Assembly (NCBI GenBank): GCA_043228905.1 | Contig: JBHGNT010000008.1 | Span: 5,704,001 to 5,768,000 of the forward strand | DNA from: Azolla caroliniana | Lineage: Eukaryota > Plantae > Polypodiophyta | DNA length: 64,000 nucleotides | Reading direction: 5' to 3' | In this document: piece after piece, positions 27,259 through 37,961 of the stretch | How the letters are laid out: each line of letters opens with the position of its first letter | How positions within the stretch are numbered: position 1 is the stretch's first letter | Notes under the pieces: generated by a model | Databases searched by the model: none | What the model was told of the DNA's origin: nothing | What the model saw: only the letters and a program-made list of their open reading frames with translations | Translations under genes and position numbers: made by a program

Positions 27259-28143
27259 CGAGGGTACTCGGTAGCTCAAGCTTTGAGATCTCATTGCCAT
27301 GGCATCGAGAACCTTGCATGGTAAGGATTATTTATAGGTGTCTTTCACTATATTGCATTTCTTAAGGTTGTTGAATCTATTCTTAACTCGATGAATTATT
27401 TTTTATAGGATCAAGACCAATGTAAATAGAGGGCCAACTTTTCGGTTCGTTAATGCCATTGAATACATAACGGTTGGCTACTTCGATGAAATTAAGAAAC
27501 AGAGAATCAAAGATCATTCTAATGAAGTGGGAGGTTCAAATCTGTTGGTATATCCAACAGTGACACGGAAATTGCGACATGTCACCACGACAAAACGGGG
27601 ACTTGTCAACCCATACCAAAAACCTCAACGACTTATGATGCGCTTGATCGAGATGTTTTCTGTCGAAGGAGACTGGATATTAGATCTCTTTTCTGGCACA
27701 GGTATTCCTCGAACTAGGGTAACGATCTTGAGATAACCAATCCCTTTTTTTTCGTTTGACAACTAAATCTTCTTGTTACTTACATCATAGGAACTACGTC
27801 TGCATGTGCATTGAAGCTGTTTAGAAATACAGTTGCATTGGAGAAGGACGAGGACCAAGTTATATTTATTAATATGCGGATTAAGGCTTTGTGGGAGTGC
27901 CCAGACCAGGATGAGGAGGTCGATGCAAAGAACCTCGCCAATACAGAAAAGTTTCAACCTGCTTCTCGAGAGCCTATTCCTCCGTTAGCCGGCGAACCGG
28001 GGGAGCTAATAGAGCTTGATGATGAGCTTATAGAAGATATTTTGTTGGCTCGGCTAACAGGGGAAACCAATGCACGTATAGCCGAAGACAGTTCTACACA
28101 AGATGATGAAGAAAATGACGTTGATGAATTGATTGCTATGTAA
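27259..28143 (+). pseudogene. 5'-truncated, intron-containing beta-class N4-cytosine/N6-adenine DNA methyltransferase (exons 27259-27320, 27409-27701, 27791-28143; about 235 aa)
   Basis: GT-AG introns of 88 and 89 nt with compatible phases give ..IENLAW/IKTN..RFVNAIEYITVGYF..VNPYQKPQRLMMRLIEMFSVEGDWILDLFSGTG/TTSACALKLFRNTVALEKD, matching N6_N4_Mtase motifs X, I (FxGxG) and II; no stop codons in the exons. Confidence 0.85.
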
Positions 28144-29190
28144 TAGACTCTATGAAGAATATGACACTGACGATTTGTTAAGATTTCACATTATTAATAC
28201 AAATTTTGGGTTTTACCTAGTGGATTCTATTCTTTATAATCTTCTATATGTTTCAATTTTATTTTTATATACTTGATTAGTAGATTTATGACATTGGTTT
28301 CACCGCGTGCATAGCTGACTACCAAACTTATGGAGAAACATGAACTAGTTTAAATGGAGGCTGATTTTGGTCCAAGCTAACCTTAACAGAACATGGCCCT
28401 ATAATTGTTGCCATGACTGTCCATGTTGTTATTATGGATCTTTGTCTTCTATTATTAAAACTATTATGTTTCTATTCCATTGCTGCTTAGATTGTGTAGT
28501 GTGTTGATAATGGTTCCAGTTGCGTTATCGTTCGGAGTTTGATCTTGTGTGAATCACCTAAGCAATAGAGTAGATCAATTTTAAATACAGGTATGAAAGC
28601 CTAATAGGTTTGTTATTTCCACGACATTATCCTAAAGTTCACTGCCTTACATTGTCCACAATTATAAACATATGGTTTGATCCCATATGAACAAACTGAG
28701 GAATAGATTAGATCAACTTTAAATACAAGTATTGAATACTTTAATAAGTTAGTTGGAAGCAATCACTTATCCTAATGTGCACTATCCTACATTTTCCACA
28801 ATTACATACATGCACGTATGGGTCAAAGTATAAATTATATCTCATTTTATTAGTATGGATACAAGTACACCTGATATTTTTGTAAAACTTACCTAATTAA
28901 TATAAGTCTTTAAGTTAGTGTTTCCCTTGTCGCACAGTAGTGACATATTGAGCCATAGTTGAACTTTATTATGCCTACATTAACTTATCAACATGTCAAA
29001 ACTTGAATGATTTCTAATGATCTCCACTCGTAGATCTATCATGTATTTTTATATTTGCAAATTCTAATCAAGTTGAGGAACATGTGATACTAGTGCATCC
29101 AATTTTTGTAGAGAGGGTGTATTTGCTTCGTTTTAAGAAGATTCTACAAGTGGAATGCGCAATCCTTCCACTTGTGAACGCGAACGTGTT
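27259..29190 (+). other. 1932-bp captured foreign segment inserted in copia gag
   Basis: Gag reads LALLLL | LGSLPDSW across it (compare the uninterrupted copy at 21300-21345); CTC or CTCGGT at both junctions; AT-rich 3' part; no LTR or TIR termini. Confidence 0.9.
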
Positions 29191-32034
29191 CTCGGTTCCC
29201 TCCCGGATAGCTGGAAGACGTTGGTTGTCACTTTGGGCAACGCCGGGCCGGAAGGGAAATGGTTATCCCTAGCAAGAGTGAAGTCGAGCTTGCTAGATGA
29301 GGAGGCACGTCGGAAAGATAAGGATACGAGCTCCGACTCCAAAGCGCTCCTTACCGAATCGGAACGCGGAAGACATAGAAACCGTAGTCCCCAGAACCGG
29401 GAAAAGTCGGGGACACGGTCAAAGTCAAGGGGGAGGCCTACTTGCTTCTATTGCGGCAAGCCGGGACACTTCCACAAGAGTTGTCGGCATTTCCGGAAAG
29501 ACAAGGAAACTGACGGTACCGATTCGAAGCGGATACCAGACCGAAACGGTAGAGACCGGAGGGGAACGGACCGGAAGGAAATGACGGCAATCGCGGCAAG
29601 TGAAGAAGAGTTGATGCTCATCACCGAGGAGAGTGAGATAAACCTTGCCGGCGACGAGATGACCTGGGTAGTCGACTCCGGAGTGTCGTTCCACCTTACC
29701 CCGAACCGGAAATGCTTCTCATCCTACTCAGCCAGTGATCATGGCTGTGTCCGGATGGGGAATGAAGGTACATGCCGGATTGTCGGCATAGGAGACATGT
29801 GCTTGACAACACCAACCGGATGCAAGCTACTGCTGAAGGATGTCCGACACATTCCGGAGGTTCGACTGAACCTGATATCAACCGGTCGGCTAGATGATGA
29901 AGGCTACACGGGTAGCATCCGCAACGGTGTTATGAAGTTCAGCAAAGGGAGGCTGATTGTGGCTCAGGCCCGAAAGGTAAACACACTTTACCTGATGAAT
30001 GCCCGGTTGTGTTCAAAGGAAGTGAACGTGGCATCCGACACTACCGATGAGTTGTGGCACAAAAGGCTGTGTCACATGAGCGAGAAGGGGATGAAGAAGC
30101 TTGCAGACAACAACCTCATTCAAGTGAAGAACGTGCACTTGGAGAAGTGCACTGATTGTCTGGCCAGTAAGCAAAACCAGACCTCCTTCCGACCAAGGCC
30201 ACCGATGAGACGTAATGCACCACTGGAGTTGGTGCATACTGATGTGTGTCAAGTGGACACGAAGTCACATGCCGGATCGCAGTACTTCGTGAGTTCATAG
30301 ATGACCACAGCCAGAAGCTGTGGGCCACACCGTTCAAGACGAAGGATCAAGTGTTATCCGTCTTCAAAGAGCTCCACGCGAGAGTGGAAAGAGAAACCGG
30401 GCGGAAGCTGAAGGCGGTTCGAGGAGATAACGGAGATGAATACCGGGGGGCAGTTCGTGGAGTACTATCGCTCGAAGGGAATCCAGCTCGAATTTACCGT
30501 GCCGAAGACGCAAGAACTAAACGGGTTGGCCGAGAGGATGAACCGGACCATAATGGAGAGGGTCCAGAGTATGTTGGCGCATGCAAAACAACCCAAGAAG
30601 TTTTGGGCTGAGGCACTGTCGACAACGACATAGGTGATAAACAAATGACCATCAATACCCTTGGACGGAGACACGCCACAGAGAGTATGGACCGGTTAGG
30701 AAGTATCCTACCGGCATCTGAAGGTATTCGAGTGTCTTGCATATGTGCATGTAGCTAAGGACCAAAGAGTAAAACTAGATCCGAAGACCCGGCCATGCAT
30801 ATTCCTCAGTTACGGCGACGATGAGTTTGGCTACCGAGTGTGGGACCTGGTCGACAAGAAGGTATTCCGGAGTCGAGATATTATCTTCATGGAGGACAAG
30901 ACGCTCACCGATGGGGAGTCAGAGAAGAAAATAATGAACTCTGAGTCGACCGGTAAGGATCGATTCTACGAGGAGCAGACCCAACCGGCAAGAGACCGGT
31001 TAGCACTCGAGGAACCAGCCGGTTACGGTGAGGATACCGAACCGGCAGAAGAAGAAGTAGAGGAAGCTGAAACCGGAACCGGCCAAGACCCCGAATCGGA
31101 TTCGGATGAAGAGCAAATGGAGGGGCTGGTTACCGAAGCCCAAAGACGGAGATATCCTCTCAGAGAGAGAAGGGCCCCCCGGAGATTTCCGGATGTAGAG
31201 CATGTGCTGCTAACCGATGAGGGGGAGCCAGAAAGCTTCGTAGAGGCAAAGGATGACACCCACAGCCACAAATGGTTAAGTGCCATGCAATATGAGATGG
31301 ATTCCCTACATGAGAACCATACATATGAATTGGTGGAGTTGCCCAAAGGAAAGCGGGCACTCCGAAACAAGTGGGTGTACAAGTTGAAACCGGGAGATGC
31401 CGGCAACCCCCCGAGATACAAAGCCAGGATCGTGGTGAAGGGGTTCCAGCAAAAGAAGGGCATGGACTTCGACGAGATATTTGCCCCAGTAGTAAAGATG
31501 ACCTCCATCCGTATGGTGCTGAGTATAGCGGCAAGCATGGACCTCGAGCTAGAGCAGCTAGATGTTACCGGCCGGCAAGGAGTCCAAAATACGGAGTGAA
31601 GGAATTAATTAAGTATGGTTGTAAATAAGCATAGTATGGACGGACGGACTGGAAACGGTATGCCGTTCCAGATCCGGACGGATCCCGAATAGGTGCGATA
31701 GGCACCGTTTTGTACTACGGGCCGGAAACCTATTTAAAGGCCCGGACCCCATTGTAATCGCAGCGGATAATTAATAGAGCGTATGGTGTTTATACTTCTG
31801 TGTTGATTTCCGTTCTGTAATTACTGTTATATCTTACGCGTGTAATTAACAAAAGCGCTCTAATCGTGTAACCTACTTAAGTCGGTGTAATCGTTGAGTC
31901 ATAATCCTATGCCGTAATCACCCTTTGGTGAAGTGTCTCCGTGACACCTTGTGTTAGGCCTTGTCCGGTCAGAGAACAACACAGTTTTGGCGACCACGAT
32001 TCCTGCTTTCTCGCAGCGAACGACGGCTTAATGG

Positions 32035-35000
32035 ATGACTATACCAACGCACGACCTGGTTACAGACCGAGCTCGACGCCTCGCCGAACGGCAAAGACGG
32101 CGTGAGACTTTCCAGCAAGCAGCGCACGAAATTCGCTCGGATCGTTTGTTCTCCAACGAGATCCGGAGAGTCGCGGAGGAATCTCTTCGGTTACAGCAAA
32201 CTCGCGACCAGGACGACGGAAGCGGTCTAAGTAGTCTCTGGGAAACCGAACGCCTCCTCGAAGCGCTGGCAAGCGGAGAAAACGAGGCAGAAGCCTTTTC
32301 AGCCTACGAATCGGATTCCGAAGGGGGATACAGCGTGCACACGAACTACCGGAGCAGCAACGATACCCCCGGCAGCCCGGAGGACGACGGGTCGAATACC
32401 GTGCCGACTCCAGAACCGGAACCGTTCGACCAGGGCTATCCGGAACCGCAAACGGAAGCCGTCAACCCACCAACACCGGAAGTGGAAGAAGCAAAGCCAC
32501 CGACACCAACGAAAGAGCCAGTGAAGGAACCGGAAGAAGAGCCGGTGAAGAAACCGGAAAAAGAACCGGAAAAAGAACCGGAAGTGGAACAGGAGAGAAA
32601 ACCGGAAAGATATCGACAAACGCCACTAAACCGCGGCCTAATACTGGACGACGACATGCCGTTCCAATACTCAAAGTATCGCGATGATCCGGACGCGGAA
32701 GCGCATGTTCATGCCTTTGAGCAGACATGGGAAGCAAATCACGCGTCCCAGCGATTGACACCGGAGGAAGAAGAACGCTCGAAGATAGCGGAATTCGGGG
32801 TCACGTTGGAAGGACCAGCGGCACGATGGCGGCGGACGCAGGACCCGGCAACCATCACAACCTTTGCAGAATTAAAAGCAAAATTCTTGCATTTTTTCCA
32901 CAAGGAGGTCGACCAGACGACGATAGTGGGCCTGTTTTATACGATCCGACAGGAGGCAGGGGAAAGCATTCCCCAATTCGTCATCCGTTTCCAACGAATG
33001 CATAGCCAGCTTGCCCGTGCACCCCCGGAGGAGGAATTACGGACGATATTTTTAAACACACTCCGGGAACCGTTACGCACGGTGTGTACGGTGATCGACT
33101 TTCGAGGAAGCACCATTGACCAGGTCATTGACCGGGTTAGAGAAATGGAAAAGTCAAGCTCATGGCTTACACTGGGAGCACTGCAACGGGCGTTACCCAC
33201 CGATGAAGATCTCCGGTTCCGGCAGGCAATTCAATGCACAATCTGCTTGAATGCCGGACACTCGGCAGTGGAGTGCACCATGCGAACCCAATGTGTGATT
33301 TGTCAATCCAAGAGTCATACAACGGACCGGTGCGAGTATAACCTGCTAAACCGACAAGCACCACCCGTCCGACGGATCGAGCCAAGAAGCAGCCGAGACG
33401 AAGATGAAGATCGTTGGCAAAGAATGAACCGGTACCGACCGGCACAGGATGTCCGGTACGGAGACAGACAAGAGAATGATGGCCGGTACGGGGATCGGCA
33501 TGATAACTACAACCGGTATGAGCGATCGGACCGTTATCGGGAGTCCAACAGACGACACGAGCAATACGACAGAGACCATTCCCCTGGTTACCGAAGGCAC
33601 CAGGAGGACTACGGCCGATTTTACGATCCACCACGACAGGACTACCGAAATAAAAATAAGAATAATAAGAAACGTAATTTCAAGAAAGGTGGTCACCCTA
33701 GGGACCCGGAACATGGAACCCCAAGGAGCCAACCGGCACAGAGCGCACCACTCACTACGGGACCGACTCCGGCTACCAGCAATGCTGAATCCAGCAATAC
33801 CCGTAAAGAGTACTGCTACTACTGCAGGCAGGAAGGCCACTACAGTAACCAGTGCCCGGCAAAGAGCTACGATAAACGACCAGCAGTTAATATGGTGGTT
33901 CCGGAAGTGGCGGATGTACAGCAAGTAACCACACGGTCGAAAGGCATGGCCAAAGAGTGGGAAACACAAGAGGCCATACGAAAACAGGCGACGGAATGGG
34001 TGAAGGAAGCCAATGAAAGGAACGTTGCGGACGCGGAACGGCAAAAGGCGAATACCATAGGGAGTGCCGGCGGTAGCCACGCAGAAAACGAGACATGGCA
34101 AGCACTGCAAGAATGTCAGGTCACGTTGCCATTAGGAAGACTCTTGCAGCTCGTGCCGCGATTTACGGAAGGACTAAAAACGTTCATGACAGACGGTATA
34201 GCCCCACCGGCACTAGTCCTCTTCTCGAATCCGGAGGAGGGACCGACGGTGGTGGACACTAGTAGTCCGGTGATTACAGCTATTGTCAAAGGGCACGAAC
34301 TTCCCGGCACAGTAATCGATGGAGGTTCCGGGGTGAACGTAATAAGCCTCCGCACGTGTGATGCCTTGGGTATACATGAATGGGAGCCATGTCCATTCTG
34401 GCTACGGATGGCGGATACGAGCTCTGTACGGCCGACGGGCTTAATACGGAAATTGGAAGTCACCATAGGAGGTCACACATTTCACATCTCGGCTGTAGTG
34501 CTGCAGCTACAGGCGCAAGGCGCATACCCACTGTTGATGGGCAGACCATGGTTGAAAACAGCACACATCAAGCAAAATTGGCGGAAAAATATGATTACCT
34601 TCCGGCGCGGAAAAGCCAAGGTCCGGGTACCGACACAACCACGGACGAGCAACGGTAAGGAATGCACACCGCTGTATGCGGAATGCGTGAACATGCTTGA
34701 AGGGTTGGCAGACGACGAAGAAGCCCAGTACTTGGAGGAACACCCGAAGATCGTACCACTCTTCGAGATTGACGTGGCTGAAGCCGTAGCACCATACTTG
34801 CCGCAGCGGGACGAAACCGAAGCCGAACCAGACAAAGATTCGATTCGGGAATTACGGCAAGCACAGGAAGCGTTGGAACGGGAAATGGTTGTTTCCCAAT
34901 GGGTAAAAACATCCCAGCTCGACGAAGTGAACCTAGGAAGCAAGGACGAATCAAAGCCGGTACACATCGCCAAAGAAATGAAGCCGGAAGATAAAGCGGC

Positions 35001-37881
35001 GATGATCAAACTTCTCACGGAGTTTCGCGACGTATTCGCCTGGTCATACGAAGACATGCGAGGGCTGGACCCTCAATTATATCAGCATCAGATCCACTTA
35101 GGCAAGGATGCGAAACCAGTGGCGCAAAGACGTTACCGAATGAACCCCAACTACGCTGCCAAAGTGAAGGAGGAAATCGACAAACTCCTAAGAGTGGGCT
35201 TCATCCGGCCGGTAAAGAAAGCGACGTGGCTGAGCCCCATCGTCGTCGTCCCAAAGAAGAACGGTAAAATCCGCGTGTGTGTAGATTACAGGAAACTAAA
35301 TGCAGCCACAATTACGGATGCATTCCCTCTTCCGTTCACGGATGGAGTACTGGATGCCATCGCCGGCCATGAAGTTTATAGCTTTTTAGACGGGTTCAGC
35401 GGATACAATCAAATCCGGATGCACCCTGACGACCAGGAGAAGACAGCGTTCGTAACCGAATGGGGAGTGTTTGTGGCCGTAGTAATGATGTTCGGACTAA
35501 AAACGGCACCAACAACTTTCCAGCGAATCATCATGGAGATCTTCGGCGAATACATTCCAGCCTTCATGCAGGTTTTCCTGGATGACTTTGCAGTCTATAG
35601 CCGGGAAAAAGACCATTTGCAGCACCTACGGTTATGCCTTGAAAAGTGTAGGTTATACCGGCTAAGCTTAAACCCAGCAAAATGCATCTTTGGGATTTCA
35701 AGTGGAATATTACTGGGACACATTGTAAGTAAGGAGGGCATTGCGGTCGACCCGGACAAAGTAAACGCGATACTAGGGGCACCGGCGCCGAAAACGGCCA
35801 AAGCACTAAGCCGATTCTTATGACAGATCCGGTGGCACAGCCGGATGCTCCGTCACTTGGCTGACTTGGCTACACCATTACACACCGCGGTACATCGGAC
35901 ACCGTTCCAATGGACGGATACGGAGGATAAGGCATACAATGCCCTAAAGGTACTTTTGTCGCAAGCACCCGTCGTGCAGCCTCCGGATTGGAGCAAGGAA
36001 TTTCATGTGTTCGTTGACGCTTCCGACATCGCTATCGGCAGCGCCTTAATGCAACTTACGGAGCCCAAATGGTACCGGCCGGTATATTACGCCAGCCGGA
36101 AGCTGTCCCAAGCGGAGAAGAACTATTCGACTACGGAACGGGAGGCCCTGGGCATGATCTACAGTGTCACAAAGTTTCGTCATTACCTATTGGGAAGGAA
36201 GTTCTCCTTTCATGTGGATCACTCGGCGCTCCTGTACTTAGTGTCCAAGGCATCCCTGACCGGTAAGTTGGCCCGTTGGACCTTGCTGTTGCAGGAGTTC
36301 GAATTCGAGATCTTCCACCGGCCCGGTATCCAGCATGCCGTAGCAGACTACCTGAGCCGGTTAGAGTCCGGAGAATCAGGCGACGGAGTATCGGATGAAT
36401 TCCCGGACGCAGAGTTATTCCGTATCACCCCGGAAATGGCAGCGGACGACACGGTGGCATCAGAAGATAGGTGGCTGACAAACATGCACCAGTTCCTAAG
36501 TACGGGCCTGCCACCGGAGGAAATGAACCGGGACGAGAGGAAACGACTGGCGGTGCAGAGCCGCAATTTCTGTCTGTTACGGGACACTCTCTACCACAAG
36601 GGAGCAGATGGAATATGGAGACGGGCAGTCCGTAGTGACGAGAAACAAGTAATCTTACGGGAAGCACACTGTGGGGTTGCCGGAGGACACTATGCCGGGG
36701 AAGCGACGGCAAGGAAAGTATGGCAGAGCGGCTTATGGTGGCCCACGACGTTAAAAGACGCCGTCAAGTATGCTAAGGAATGTGACCTATGCCAACGAAT
36801 GGGCCAGCCTACGAAGCAAGCACGGATGCCACACCAACCGGTACTTCCACTAGAGCCATTCCAGAAGTGAGGGTTGGATTTTGTCGGACCGTTCAAGCCA
36901 CCGGCAATGAGAACAGGTAATCGTTATGTCATCGTGGCAACAGATTATTGCACTAAATGGGTGGAGGCTAAGGCCTTGAGAGACAACACCGCGTCATCCA
37001 CAGCAAAATTCCTGTACGAGAACATTTGGTGCCGATATGGATGTCCGATTGAATTAATCAGTGACCAAGGAGGGCACTTCCTCGGCCAGGTAGTTGAAAG
37101 CTTAACAACGTTCTATGCCGTGGTCCATAAACGGAGCACACCGTACTACCCACAAGCAAACGGGTTAGCAGAGTCAACCAACAAAACGCTCCAGAACATT
37201 CTCCGCAAAATCGTCAATGAAAACCGGACGGACTGGGATACAAAGCTCCATAGCGCACTATGGGCGTACCGAACGGCATACAAAACAAGTATCCGGACAA
37301 CGCCGTTCCGGTTAGCGTTCGGCTTAGAGGCGGTCATGCCGGTGGAATTTCAGGTACCAAGCTTACGGATCCAACTACGGGAACGGCTGAATGAAAAGGA
37401 GTCGGAGGAAATGCGGCTAGCAGCACTATGCGAACTGGAGGAGCAACGGCTGGCCAGCATCCTACACATGGAACTGGAGCAACGACGACGGAAAGCGTTC
37501 GTTGACCGTCACCGGAAAGGTAATGAGAAAATGTTCGAAATCGGAAAGCCGGTGCTAGTATTCCAAACGAGGATGGGCAAGATGCCGGGTAAACTCCGGT
37601 TTAGATGGACAGGCCCGTATTGGCTGACACGGGAATACAACGGGTCCTATTAGTTAGGGACACTTGCCGGTGAAGTGCTAGGCAAGTGGGTCAACGGATT
37701 TAGACTAAAGCCCTATAAAGGACCAATGCCAAGTAACTCGTTTATGCAGCCCACCGGCACTATACCGGGAACGGTACGGATGGAAGAAAAAGACGACGGG
37801 GAACCCGTAGCAGAGGCGAAGGAAGACACGGCAACCCGTAAGGAAAACGGTAAGGGTCCGAAGGGACCTACGGATGTGTAA
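32035..37881 (+). pseudogene. Single-frame gag-PR-RT-RH-INT polyprotein with 3 in-frame stops (35821, 36868, 37651)
   Basis: Three CCHC knuckles; protease IDGGSGVN; RT FLDD; RNase H VDASD; integrase HHCC, DDE and GPY; consecutive ORFs in the same frame. Confidence 0.95.
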
Positions 37882-37961
37882 GATCACATACCGTCATTAA
37901 AACGAAAAAGAAAAAAAAAAAAAAAAAAAAAAAAACATTAAAAATCGAGGTATGAACGGAC

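Noticed and set aside
27259-28143. Bacterial contamination or a restriction-modification locus
   Set aside because: Spliceosomal GT-AG introns and clean embedding in a plant copia gag.
27259-29190. Canonical Helitron, CACTA or DIRS call for the MTase carrier
   Set aside because: No 5' TC or 3' CTRR, no CACTA TIRs, and no tyrosine recombinase or split repeats; left unclassified.
37905-37935. Poly(A) tail of a LINE, SINE or retrocopy
   Set aside because: No TSD or retroposon body; it lies in the pol-ORF2 spacer.
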